A stretch of 32,000 nucleotides of DNA from Mycolicibacterium smegmatis (GCF_001457595.1 NZ_LN831039.1:3660001-3692000), one strand, 5' to 3'. Shown: positions 16,513 to 26,005, numbered from the stretch's first letter. The notes: generated from the letters alone by a model not told the origin. Made by a program: numbers and translations.

Positions 16513-17532
16513 ATGCATTTCGGCATCGTGCTCCAACCCGATCCGCCTGCGTCACGCGTGGTGGAGCTGGCGGTCGCCGCTGAGAACAGAGGGTTCGATT
16601 ACGTCTGGACCTTCGACTCGCACCTGCTGTGGCAGGAGCCTTACGTCATCCACAGCCAGATCCTGTCGGCCACGCGCAACATCATGGTCGGCCCCATGGT
16701 CACCAATCCGCTGAGCCGCGACGTCACGGTCACGGCTTCGACCCACGCCACCTTGAACTCGATGTTCGGCAACCGCACCGTGTGCTCCATCGGACGCGGG
16801 GACAGCGCCGTACGGACCTTGTCCGGAAAGCCGTCGTCACTGGCGACCCTGCGAGCAGCGGTCAAGGTGATCTCGGATCTGGGGAATGGACGCCCGACCG
16901 AGATCAACGGCACCACAGTGCAAATCCCCTGGGCGTCGAAGTCGACCCTCGATGTGTACGTCGGTGCGTACGGTCCCAGGGCACTCGATCTGTGCGGTCA
17001 GGTAGCCGACGGCTTCCTCCTCCAGCTGGCCGACCCCGACATCACCAAATGGATGATCGAACGGGTCAAGAACGCCGCGGCAGATGCCGGACGCAACCCC
17101 GATGACATCAAGGTCTGTGTCGGCGCACCGGCCTACATCGGCGACGACCTCGAACACCAGCGCGATCAATGCCGCTGGTTCGGTGGGATGGTCGGCAACC
17201 ATGTCGCCGACATCGTCGCCAGGTACGGCAGCAGCGGGGCAGTCCCCCAGGCGCTCACCGAATACATCAAAGGTCGCGTCGGTTACGACTACAACGAACA
17301 CGGCCGCGCCGGTAACTCCCACGCCGATTTCGTACCGGACGAGATCGTCGACCGGTTCTGCATCCTGGGACCCGCACCGTCTCACATCTCGAAACTGCAG
17401 GAACTGCAGAAGCTCGGTGTCGACCAGTTCGCCATCTACCTGCAGCACGACGGCCAGGACCACACGCTGGCCGAGTACGGCAGAGCGATCATCCCCGTGA
17501 TCAACCGCCCCGCCGACGCCATCCTCACCTAG
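16513..17532 (+). CDS. LLM-class flavin/F420-dependent oxidoreductase (TIGR03842-like)
   Basis: MHFGIVLQPDPPASRVVELAVAAENRGFDYVWTFDSHLLWQEPYVIHSQILSATRNIMVGPMVTNPLSRD...GNRTVCSIGRGDSAVRTL. Confidence 0.88.
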   Translation: MHFGIVLQPDPPASRVVELAVAAENRGFDYVWTFDSHLLWQEPYVIHSQILSATRNIMVGPMVTNPLSRDVTVTASTHATLNSMFGNRTVCSIGRGDSAVRTLSGKPSSLATLRAAVKVISDLGNGRPTEINGTTVQIPWASKSTLDVYVGAYGPRALDLCGQVADGFLLQLADPDITKWMIERVKNAAADAGRNPDDIKVCVGAPAYIGDDLEHQRDQCRWFGGMVGNHVADIVARYGSSGAVPQALTEYIKGRVGYDYNEHGRAGNSHADFVPDEIVDRFCILGPAPSHISKLQELQKLGVDQFAIYLQHDGQDHTLAEYGRAIIPVINRPADAILT

Positions 17533-17559
17533 ACATTCGACGAGACAGGTAACCCCCCG

Positions 17560-18408
17560 ATGACCGTGATCAGAGCAGCAATCACTCAGGTTGAATGGAC
17601 CGGCGACGAGGAGTCGATGGTCGCCAGGCACGAGGCCCTGGCCCGCCGCGCCGCCGAGGCCGGCGCGCAGATCATCTGTTTTCAGGAGCTCTTCCACGGG
17701 CCGTACTTCGGTATCGTGCAAGACGCCAAGTACTACGAATACGCGCAGGCGGTTCCTGGCCCGCTCACCGAGCGGTTTTCAGTACTCGCCAAAGACCTCG
17801 GAGTCGTACTGATCCTGCCGGTCTACGAAGAAGAGATGCCGGGCGTCTACTACAACACCGCAGCTGTGATCGATTCCGACGGAACATATCTCGGAAAGTA
17901 CCGAAAGAACCACATCCCCAACGTCGATCGGTTCTGGGAGAAGTTCTACTTCAAACCCGGCAACCTCGGTTATCCGATCTTCGACACCGCGGTCGGCAAG
18001 GTCGGCGTGTACATCTGCTACGACCGGCATTTCCCCGAAGGCTGGCGCGAATTCGGCCTCGCCGGAGCCGAAATCGTCTTCAACCCTTCGGCCACCAAAC
18101 CCGGTTTGTCCAACCGCCTCTGGGAACTCGAACAGCCCGCTGCAGCCGCCAACAATCAGTACTTCGTGGCCGCCAACAACCGGATCGGTACCGAGAGCGA
18201 AGAATTCGGCGATGACGCCGTCACGTTCTACGGCAGTTCGTACTTCGTGGACCCCCGCGGCAACTACGTCGGCGAGGTGGCCTCGGAGAACGCCGAGGAA
18301 ATCGTCATCCGCGACCTCGACCTCGCGATGGTACGAGCGGTGCGCAACGATTGGCAGTTCTATCGCGATCGCCGCCCCGAATCCTACGAGACCATCCCGG
18401 CGCGTTAG
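17560..18408 (+). CDS. Nitrilase-superfamily amidohydrolase (beta-ureidopropionase / N-carbamoyl amino acid hydrolase-like)
   Basis: Glu-Lys-Cys triad context: CFQELFHGPYFG, YRKNHIPNVDRFWEKFYFKPG, VGVYICYDRHFPEGWR. Confidence 0.92.
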   Translation: MTVIRAAITQVEWTGDEESMVARHEALARRAAEAGAQIICFQELFHGPYFGIVQDAKYYEYAQAVPGPLTERFSVLAKDLGVVLILPVYEEEMPGVYYNTAAVIDSDGTYLGKYRKNHIPNVDRFWEKFYFKPGNLGYPIFDTAVGKVGVYICYDRHFPEGWREFGLAGAEIVFNPSATKPGLSNRLWELEQPAAAANNQYFVAANNRIGTESEEFGDDAVTFYGSSYFVDPRGNYVGEVASENAEEIVIRDLDLAMVRAVRNDWQFYRDRRPESYETIPAR

Positions 18409-18421
18409 GACGAGCGGACAG

Positions 18422-19993
18422 ATGGCCTCCCCAATTGCCCTCGACGCACACGGGCACACCCTGGAACCTTCGTTGTACAACGAGGATCTGCGGCCCATCC
18501 ATCCTCACATGCGCACCTGGACGAGTCGCGTCTATCTGACCCTGTGGGTCGCGATGTGCATGAACCCGGCCACATGGACGCTCGCGGCCTCGCTCATCGC
18601 GTTGGGGATGAACTGGATTCAGGCCCTGCTCACCATCGTGTTGGCGAACCTCATCGTGCTGATTCCGATGCTGCTCAACAGCCACGCCGGCGCCAAGCAC
18701 GGGATCAGCTTTCCGGTGTTCGCCCGTGCGGCCTACGGCGTGCGCGGGGCGAATCTTCCTGCCGTGATGCGCGGGCTCGTTGCGTGCGGTTGGTTCGGCA
18801 TCCAGACATGGTTCGGCGGTCTCGGTCTCAACCTCGCGCTCGGTGCAGCGATCGGACCGTCCTGGTCGCAGGCCGAACCGGTCGACCTCGGATTCATCGG
18901 AACGGTTCCGATCACGACCTTGGTGTGTTACGCCATCTGCCTCGTCGTCCAAGTGGCGGTCATCTACAAGGGTTTCGAATCCCTGCGCCGATTCCAGGCA
19001 ATCGCCGCGCCGATCGTGGTCGGCGCCGTGATGATCCTGATCGTGGTTCTCCTGTTCAAGACCGGCGGCAACCTCGGACCCGTCGTGTCGCAGCCCTCGC
19101 ATCTGGGCTGGGGAGCGCATTTCTGGCTGGCGGTGTTCCCGATCAGCCTCATGGCCAATATCGCCTTCTGGTCGACGCTGTCGCTCAACATGCCTGATTT
19201 CACCAGGTTCGCCGAGAACATGAAGGCACAGCGGCGTGGCCAGTCCTGGGGCCTGCCCACAACCATGCTCGTCGTGTCACTGATGGCGATCATTGCCACA
19301 TCGCTCGCCGCGCAGCACTACGGAGTACCTGCCGGGGACCTGTGGAACCCTGATGTCCTGGTGTCCCACTTCGGCAGTCGCATCGCCGTTTTCGTCGGCG
19401 CACTGGCCATCGTCGTCTCCAGCGTGCAGACCAACATGGCGGCCAATCTGGTCAGCCCGGCGTTGGACTTCGCCAACGCGTTACCCAAGCTCATCACCTT
19501 CCGTCGAGGAGTAGTGGTGTCGGTGGCTCTCGGCACGCTCTTGCTGCCCTGGAAGCTGCTTGCCAGCCCCGAGACCTACGTGTTCGTCTGGCTGGGCTTC
19601 TACGGCGGCATCATGGGTGCCGTGGGAGGCGTGCTGGTGTCCGACTACTGGCTCGCCCGCAAAACCGAACTGCGCGTGCCGGAACTGTTCACGCTCGAGG
19701 GGCACTACCACTTCACCAGGGGGTGGAACGTCCGCGCGGTGATCGCAACGGCCGTAGGCGCATTCGTCGCGGTGGGCGGAGCCTACTCAGCGCTCGGCCC
19801 AGACGGGAAGAAGACCGGCCCCTTCCCCGCCGACGGAGTGGTCCCGCTGCTCAGGCCGCTCTACGACTACAACTGGGTGGTGGCCTTCCTGGTTGCGATG
19901 TTCGTCTACTGGTTGTTGGCGGCACACCGACGGAAACGCCACAGCACCGTGCCGTTTGACGCCGCACCCGAACCGGCGACTGTCAGATCCTGA
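18422..19993 (+). CDS. NCS1-family nucleobase/hydantoin/allantoin:cation symporter
   Basis: YNEDLRPIHPHMRTWTSRVYLTLWVAMCMNPATWTLAASLI...GISFPVFARAAYGVRGANLPAVMRGLVACGWFGIQTWFGG. Start ATG 18422. Confidence 0.93.
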   Translation: MASPIALDAHGHTLEPSLYNEDLRPIHPHMRTWTSRVYLTLWVAMCMNPATWTLAASLIALGMNWIQALLTIVLANLIVLIPMLLNSHAGAKHGISFPVFARAAYGVRGANLPAVMRGLVACGWFGIQTWFGGLGLNLALGAAIGPSWSQAEPVDLGFIGTVPITTLVCYAICLVVQVAVIYKGFESLRRFQAIAAPIVVGAVMILIVVLLFKTGGNLGPVVSQPSHLGWGAHFWLAVFPISLMANIAFWSTLSLNMPDFTRFAENMKAQRRGQSWGLPTTMLVVSLMAIIATSLAAQHYGVPAGDLWNPDVLVSHFGSRIAVFVGALAIVVSSVQTNMAANLVSPALDFANALPKLITFRRGVVVSVALGTLLLPWKLLASPETYVFVWLGFYGGIMGAVGGVLVSDYWLARKTELRVPELFTLEGHYHFTRGWNVRAVIATAVGAFVAVGGAYSALGPDGKKTGPFPADGVVPLLRPLYDYNWVVAFLVAMFVYWLLAAHRRKRHSTVPFDAAPEPATVRS

Positions 19994-20052
19994 CCTCCGT
20001 TCGAGTGGCGAGGTACGCACGCTCGTCCTGGGCCGCAGGCGCCTGGGCAGCA

Positions 20053-21498
20053 TCAGGCGCGCGGTGTCCGATCGGGCGCCGCACGCCCTCCCACCCGAGC
20101 GCCCACCACCACACCCGCGGCGAACGCGGTCACCAAGAGCACGACGATCACCCAGGCCAGCACGCTGGATCTGCCGACGAGGTCACTGAGGTTGCTCAGG
20201 ATGAGTACGAGCGCGCCCACGAGCCCGATCAGGCCGAGCGCCGGTGCGATGCGCACCCGCCACAGCGACTGACCGCGGCGGTCGCGTGCGAAGAACACCA
20301 GCACCGCGACGCTGGTCGCCGTCATCAGCACCACGATGCCCACGGTCGTGGTGCCCGCGAACCACGTGTAGAACTGTGCGGCCGGGTCGAGGCCGAACAC
20401 CACGGCGAGCAGAACACTGAGCGCCACCACGCCGGAGATCCACAGCGAGGCCGCGTGCGGCGACCCGTGTCTGCTGTGCGGCACACTCAGCGAGGCGGGT
20501 AGCACGTCGCGCTGCGACAACGCGAAAACGTAACGCGATGCGACGTTGTGGAACGCCAGGATGCACGCGAACAGGCTCGTGAAGTACAGCACCGTGATGA
20601 TGTCGGCGCCGACGACGCCGATGTAGCGCTGCGCGGTGTCCCCCAGGAACGTGTCGCCGTCGTCGGTGGCGCGGGCGACGGCTGCGTCGTCACCCCAGCC
20701 CGAGATCAGTGACCAACTGGTGACGGCGTAGAACACGCCGATGAGGATCAGCGCGGCATAGGTCGCGCGGGGAATCGTGCGCTCGGGGGCGTGTGCCTCA
20801 TCCCGGAAGATCGCCGTCGCCTCGAACCCAACGTAGCTGATGATCGCGAACAACAGGCCGATGCCCAACGAGCCGGAGAAGATTGCGCCCGGATTGACGA
20901 TGCCAGACGACAGACCGTGATCACCGCCGCGGGCGACGATCACGAGATCCAGCACCAGAACGATCGCGATTTCCGCGGTGAGCAGCACCCCGAGCACCCG
21001 GCTCGACAACTCGATGTTGCGGTATCCGAGGTAGGTGGTGAGCGCGAATGCCGCCGCGGCGAACAGCCACCACGGCAGTGCGGGCCCACCGAGCAGTTCC
21101 ACGACACTGGCGCCCGCCGGCCCCAGCAGGCCGTACACGCCCGCCTCCAACGCGACATAGCTGACCAGGGCGACGAAGGCGATGCCGATACCGGCAGGGA
21201 AGCCCAGCGCCTGCCGAACGTAGGAGAAGAAGGCCCCGGCCTCGTCGACGTACGGCGTCATCGCCGTGAAACCGACCGCGAACAGCAGCAACACCACCGT
21301 CGATGCGATGAAGGTGGCCGGAAATCCTGCGCCGTTGCCCGCGGCGAGCCCGAGCGGCACAACACCGCCGATCACGCCGAGCGGCGCGGCGGCGGCCACG
21401 ACCATGAAGACGATCGCGGTCACGCCCAGATTGCCGCGCAACTGGCGTGAGGATGGTGGCTCGCCCAGGGATTCTGGAACCGTGGTGGTCTCGGACAT
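20053..21498 (-). CDS. APC-superfamily amino acid/polyamine permease
   Basis: MSETTTVPESLGEPPSSRQLRGNLGVTAIVFMVVAAAAPLGVIGG...YVGFEATAIFRDEAHAPERTIPRATY. ATG at 21498 inside the long track ORF. Confidence 0.9.
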   Translation of the reverse strand: MSETTTVPESLGEPPSSRQLRGNLGVTAIVFMVVAAAAPLGVIGGVVPLGLAAGNGAGFPATFIASTVVLLLFAVGFTAMTPYVDEAGAFFSYVRQALGFPAGIGIAFVALVSYVALEAGVYGLLGPAGASVVELLGGPALPWWLFAAAAFALTTYLGYRNIELSSRVLGVLLTAEIAIVLVLDLVIVARGGDHGLSSGIVNPGAIFSGSLGIGLLFAIISYVGFEATAIFRDEAHAPERTIPRATYAALILIGVFYAVTSWSLISGWGDDAAVARATDDGDTFLGDTAQRYIGVVGADIITVLYFTSLFACILAFHNVASRYVFALSQRDVLPASLSVPHSRHGSPHAASLWISGVVALSVLLAVVFGLDPAAQFYTWFAGTTTVGIVVLMTATSVAVLVFFARDRRGQSLWRVRIAPALGLIGLVGALVLILSNLSDLVGRSSVLAWVIVVLLVTAFAAGVVVGARVGGRAAPDRTPRA

Positions 21499-21653
21499 CG
21501 TCGACCGTCCTTTGTCGGCAGCGTGAAGGGACGCGCGCAACATTGGTCCGTTCGCGCACCGGTCACCAGATCTCGGTTCAGCGTGCGCAAAACTCGGTCG
21601 TCGTCGCGAGCCCGCTGTCGGGTACCGATCGGCCGCGAGCTCCCGGACCTCAC

Positions 21654-22589
21654 TCAGGCGAGGTGCGTGGTGAACCACTCCTGGATGCGTCGCCACGCGT
21701 CGGCCGCGGCCGTCGGGTCGTAACGGTCGCCGGTGTCGTTGAAGAACGCGTGATTGGCACCGGGTTCGGTGACCAGTTCGTGCACCAGGCCGGCCTTCTC
21801 CAGCGCCGCCCGCGCGACCGGTTCGGTGGCGTTGACCCGCTGGTCGAGCGCACCGTAGAACGCGAGCACCGCGACGTCCTTCGAACCGGCGAAGTCCGGG
21901 TCGTCCGGGGTCGGACCGTAGAACGGTACGGCGGCGGCCAATTGCGGTGTGCCCGCGGCGAGCAGGCGCCATACGAGTCCGCCGCCCATGCAGAAGCCGA
22001 CCGCGGCGAGCTTGCGGTCGGGCGCGCGACGGGACAATTCGTCGATCCCGGACCGCAGGTTGGCGACAAACTCCTCCGGCGGGATCTTGCTCAACGCGGC
22101 GGTGGCATCGGCCGGGTCGGCGAACTGTCCCGTGCCGCCCTGCCCCGAGAGCAGATCGATCGCCAGCGCCGAGTACCCGATGCCGGCGAAGCGGCCTGCC
22201 ACCGAGCGGATGTGGTCGGTGAGTCCCTTGTTCTCGTGGATCACGAGCACAGCGCCGCGGGCGTCGGGGGCCTCGGCCCATGCGCCCTGCAGTTCACCGG
22301 TCGGTCCGGCCCACGTCACCGCCGCGGTGGGCAGCGCAGTCTGCATGCCCGGCGGTTCCGCCGACGGCGGTTGCGTCTCGGTTGTCGGCGGACCTGCGGT
22401 GTCGGTGGTGTTCTCGGTCGTGGCCGTCGTGGTCTGTTCGCGTTCACTGCACGCGGCGATGACGGCGGTGGCCGCGGCCGTGCTCAGTCCGAGCAGGCCG
22501 AGCCTGCGCAGTGCTTCGCGCCGTGACATCAGTCCGTCGAGGTGATCGGTGGCGATTTCTTCTGCGATGTATCGCTGCAGCGGAGTCAC
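21654..22589 (-). CDS. Dienelactone hydrolase-family protein with Tat/lipoprotein-type signal
   Basis: SRREALRRLGLLGLSTAAATAVIAAC, Thr/Pro-rich linker, VGFCMGGGLVW nucleophile motif, EPGANHAFFNDTGDRYD. GTG 22589 start. Confidence 0.87.
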   Translation of the reverse strand: MTPLQRYIAEEIATDHLDGLMSRREALRRLGLLGLSTAAATAVIAACSEREQTTTATTENTTDTAGPPTTETQPPSAEPPGMQTALPTAAVTWAGPTGELQGAWAEAPDARGAVLVIHENKGLTDHIRSVAGRFAGIGYSALAIDLLSGQGGTGQFADPADATAALSKIPPEEFVANLRSGIDELSRRAPDRKLAAVGFCMGGGLVWRLLAAGTPQLAAAVPFYGPTPDDPDFAGSKDVAVLAFYGALDQRVNATEPVARAALEKAGLVHELVTEPGANHAFFNDTGDRYDPTAAADAWRRIQEWFTTHLA

Positions 22590-22670
22590 TCTTGCGAGTA
22601 TGCGCCGATATACCGCATCTCGGCTGTCAAACGGGAACTGTGAGACGCCTGGGGGGTTGATACTCGGTGG

Positions 22671-23597
22671 ATGCGGTGGACACCGGATCCCGAGGCGCTT
22701 CGTGATCGCATCGCGGTGGTTGCCGGAGCCACGCGCGGAGCGGGCCGTGGCATTGCCGCGGCGCTGGGCGAAGCCGGCGCGACGGTGTACTGCACGGGCC
22801 GCAGCAGCAGGACCGGAACCTGTCGGTCGGACTACGATCGTCCCGAAACCATCGAGGAGACAGCGGAATTGGTGTCCTCCCTGGGCGGGAAAGGCATCGC
22901 CGTGCCGGTGGACCACCTCGAGGTTGCGCAGGTGCGCGCACTCGCCGAACAGATCGGCGAAGAGCAGGGCCGCATCGACATCCTGGTGAACGACATCTGG
23001 GGTGCGGAGATCCTCAAGGGTCCCCCCGCGACGTGGGGCAGGCCGATGTGGGAACACAACCTCGAAAACGGGTTGCGCCTCCTACGTCTCGGTATCGACA
23101 CGCATCTGATCACGTCGCACTGCCTGCTGCCGCTGCTGGTCACTCGCCCGGGCGGACTGCTCGTGGAGATCTCCGACGGGACAACGGAATTCAATGCCGA
23201 CAACTACCGGCTGTCGGTGTTCTACGACCTGGCGAAGACCGCGGTGAACCGCCTGGCCTTCAGCCACGGGCACGAACTCGCCGCGTACGGCGGCACCGCC
23301 GTCTCGGTGACGCCCGGCTGGTTGCGGTCGGAGATGATGCTCGACAACTACGGCGTGTGCGAATCGAACTGGGAGATGGCGCTCAACCCCGCACGCGGCG
23401 ACGGTCAGCCGATCGCTCCCCCGGGCTTCTCCGAATCCGAGACACCCCGGTTCGTCGGCCGCGGTGTCGCCGCGATCGCCGCCGACCCCGCCCGGACGCG
23501 GTGGAACCAGCAATCGGTGACGTCGACGGAGCTGGCGCGCTGCTACGGGTTCACCGATGTGGACGGGCGCCTGCCCGACGCGTGGGCGCCCATGTGA
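22671..23597 (+). CDS. Short-chain dehydrogenase/reductase
   Basis: IAVVAGATRGAGRGIAAALGEAGATVYCTGRSS; VNDIWG; YRLSVFYDLAKTAVNRLAF; VTPGWLRSEMM. Confidence 0.9.
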   Translation: MRWTPDPEALRDRIAVVAGATRGAGRGIAAALGEAGATVYCTGRSSRTGTCRSDYDRPETIEETAELVSSLGGKGIAVPVDHLEVAQVRALAEQIGEEQGRIDILVNDIWGAEILKGPPATWGRPMWEHNLENGLRLLRLGIDTHLITSHCLLPLLVTRPGGLLVEISDGTTEFNADNYRLSVFYDLAKTAVNRLAFSHGHELAAYGGTAVSVTPGWLRSEMMLDNYGVCESNWEMALNPARGDGQPIAPPGFSESETPRFVGRGVAAIAADPARTRWNQQSVTSTELARCYGFTDVDGRLPDAWAPM

Positions 23598-23601
23598 AGT
23601 T

Positions 23602-23964
23602 TCAGGTGTTGTACACCAGACAGAACGGGTGACCGGCCGGATCGCGGAAAACCCGGAAGTCGTCCTCGCCGATGGCGTCGGTGACGCGGGTCGCGCCCAG
23701 CTCGAGTACCTGACGTTCGGCGGCGTCGGGATCGTCCACCAGGATGTCGAGGTGCAACTGCTGGGACCCCCGCGGGTCGGGGAACGTCGGCGGTTGGTGC
23801 TCGGGTGAGAGCTGGCAGGCCAGCCGTCGGCCCTGCGGATCTGTCACCACCACCCAGTCGCCCTCGTCGGCGGTGATCTCGCCGCCGATCAACCTGACGT
23901 AGAACTCGGCCAGACTGCGTGGGTCCCGGCTGTCGAGAACCACGGTGCGAAGAGTACCGATCAT
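23602..23964 (-). CDS. VOC/glyoxalase-like protein
   Basis: TVVLDSRDPRSLAEFYVRLIGGEI...LHLDILVDDPDAAERQVLELGATRV...FRVFRDPAGHPFCLV. Confidence 0.85.
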   Translation of the reverse strand: MIGTLRTVVLDSRDPRSLAEFYVRLIGGEITADEGDWVVVTDPQGRRLACQLSPEHQPPTFPDPRGSQQLHLDILVDDPDAAERQVLELGATRVTDAIGEDDFRVFRDPAGHPFCLVYNT

Positions 23965-24004
23965 GGGTTCCGGGTTACCTCAACTTTCGCGGCGCAAACG
24001 TCGG

Positions 24005-25375
24005 TCATACGCTCCAGGCCAACCGGAACCGATCGGCGAGTTCCTCGGGCGGGAGCTCACCGAAGTTCTTCTGCTCGTACCGGCGAACGGCCAACACCGC
24101 GTCGACGATCTCGTCGCCGAGAATCCCCCGGATCAGTGGCGAGGCGTCCAGGGCGGGCAGGGTTTCGGCCTGGCCGCACGGCAGCAGTTCGGCGCCGGAC
24201 TCGGTGCGTTGTGCGTCGGTGAGTGCCGACGGATCGACCGACACCTCGCGCGGCAGCGGAAGCCGGTTATCGATGCCGTGCAGGGCAAGGCCGAGGATCG
24301 TCGCGGTGGCCAGGTACGGATTGGCCGATGGGTCGATGACCTTGACCTCGACGTTGGCGCCGTGCGGATTGCTCGGTCCGCCGATGATGAATCGCACGGC
24401 GGCCTCGCGGTTCTCGGTACCCCAGCAGTTGTGTGCGCCGGCCCAGTGTCCCGGCTGCACGCGCAGACCCGACAGGACCGAGCCGCACAACACGCCCTGC
24501 GCGGCGGGTAACCCGGCCAGCAGACCTGCCACCGCGGACTCGCCTTCCTCGGTCATGCCGCGTGCGCCGTTGCCGCCGGAGAGCAGCGGTGTGTCGTCGC
24601 GGCACAGCGAAAAGTGCTGGTGGGAACCGGATCCCACGCCGCCGGCGAACGGTAGCGGCGACAGGCTGGCCCGCAGCCCGTGACGTCGCGCCACCCGCGC
24701 GACGATGATGCGCATCAAAATCAGCTGATCGGCCGCCGCCACCGGCGGCAGCGGCGCAAGCGAGATCTCGAACTGGTTGGCGCCGTACTCGGGGTGGAAC
24801 TGCTCGATCGCCACCCCGGATGCGTTGGCCGAGTCGGTGACCTCGCGGACGAAACCCTCGAACTCGAGCAGGCCCGCGAGGCCGTACTGGGCCCACATCA
24901 GCGAGGGCAGGCGGGAGCCGTCGGGCCCGACGAGGACGAACTCCATCTCGTGGCCGACCTGCGCGGTGAGCCCGGCCGTCTCGAGCCGGTCCGCGACGCG
25001 CTGCAGGGCATATCTGCTGCAGTAGGGGTCGGGCGCGCCGTCCTGATCGAAGAAAGCGCCGGGCGCCCAGGCCAATCCGTCCCCGAGGATGCGCAATGCG
25101 CTGAGGTCGATGCGGATGCGCTGATCACCGACGACGCTGATCGCGTCGCTGAAGACGATGCCGACCTGGTCGATGGTGAAGGCGTGGAAGACCGGGCTCG
25201 CGCCCAGGCCCGGCTCGGCGAATGTGCTCATGCGCCGTAGCGGAACTGTTTTCGCGTGGATCAGCCCGGCCGGGTTGACGACCGTGCCGATCAGCGTCGC
25301 GACACCGTCGGATTCGAGCTGGGCGATGGCCGCTGCAGCGAGAGGTTTGCCTGACCGCGAAGTCACACAAGCCAT
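24005..25375 (-). CDS. glnA3: Glutamine synthetase-like protein, GlnA3 (possible gamma-glutamylpolyamine synthetase family)
   Basis: VGHEMEFVLVGPDGSRLPS, EQFHPEYGANQFEISLAP, GSGSHQHFSL, NCWGTENREAAVRF, NVEVKVIDPSANPYLA. Synteny with bfrA/Rv1877-type MFS matches the M. tuberculosis Rv1876-Rv1878 order. Confidence 0.9.
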   Translation of the reverse strand: MACVTSRSGKPLAAAAIAQLESDGVATLIGTVVNPAGLIHAKTVPLRRMSTFAEPGLGASPVFHAFTIDQVGIVFSDAISVVGDQRIRIDLSALRILGDGLAWAPGAFFDQDGAPDPYCSRYALQRVADRLETAGLTAQVGHEMEFVLVGPDGSRLPSLMWAQYGLAGLLEFEGFVREVTDSANASGVAIEQFHPEYGANQFEISLAPLPPVAAADQLILMRIIVARVARRHGLRASLSPLPFAGGVGSGSHQHFSLCRDDTPLLSGGNGARGMTEEGESAVAGLLAGLPAAQGVLCGSVLSGLRVQPGHWAGAHNCWGTENREAAVRFIIGGPSNPHGANVEVKVIDPSANPYLATATILGLALHGIDNRLPLPREVSVDPSALTDAQRTESGAELLPCGQAETLPALDASPLIRGILGDEIVDAVLAVRRYEQKNFGELPPEELADRFRLAWSV

Positions 25376-25408
25376 TCTGCCGCGCCGCGGCGGGCGGCAC
25401 AGCGCGAA

Positions 25409-25942
25409 CTACAGAGTGATCTTGCAGCTCTGCCCAATGTCGAGGGTGCGCAGCATGCGGCCCATTCCCAGCCACATCGCGCACGACAGGGCCAGATCGG
25501 TCAGCAGCTCGGGGTCGAAATGCTCACCGGCGCGCGCCCAGAAATTCTCGTCGTCACGCAGCGCGGTGTGTTCGGTGGCGAAGCGGTGGGCGAACTCGGC
25601 CGCGACGCGCTCGGCCGGGCTGTACCCCGGCCAGGTGCGCCACTCGGCGGCGTGCACGTAGAGCTCCTCGTCGACGCCGGCGGCCGCACCCTCGCCGTCG
25701 CGGGTGTTCTGGCACACCACGCATTCGTTGTCGAGCGCGATCACCATGCGGGCCAGTTCACGCACCCGCATGGGGAGCCTGCCCTTGGTGTAGACCGCGT
25801 GGGTGTAGTTGGCCATGGCGGTGCCGATGTCGGGTGAGCGCTGAATCCAGCCCGCCACGTCGTCGTCGGGGAAATCTCCGATCCGGCTCATGACCGGATC
25901 GTACGCGCGTCTCTGCCGATCTGGAACAGGTTCTAGTTTCAT
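25409..25942 (-). CDS. Carboxymuconolactone decarboxylase/AhpD-like protein
   Basis: ELARMVIALDNECVVCQNTRDGEGAAAGVDEE with CxxC. ATG 25942 or, in my view, ATG 25891 (MSRIGDFPDDDVAGW). Confidence 0.82.
   Translation of the reverse strand: MKLEPVPDRQRRAYDPVMSRIGDFPDDDVAGWIQRSPDIGTAMANYTHAVYTKGRLPMRVRELARMVIALDNECVVCQNTRDGEGAAAGVDEELYVHAAEWRTWPGYSPAERVAAEFAHRFATEHTALRDDENFWARAGEHFDPELLTDLALSCAMWLGMGRMLRTLDIGQSCKITL
25922..25935. promoter_or_regulatory. KstR-like box TGGAACAGGTTCTA (consensus TnnAACnnGTTnnA)
   Basis: Exact match to the degenerate 14-bp TetR-type consensus, at the 5' end of the AhpD-like gene. Confidence 0.5.
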
Positions 25943-26005
25943 GCGCGCTCGATCGGCGCGAGCGTGCGCGAACTGCTGAGATTCTGCGGCGTGGCGGGGT
26001 GCAGA

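Noticed and set aside
21499-22281. Large 5' extension of the APC permease ORF (742 aa in track)
   Set aside because: The extension is antisense/out-of-frame shadow of the dienelactone hydrolase. The real start is ATG 21498 (MSETTTVPES).
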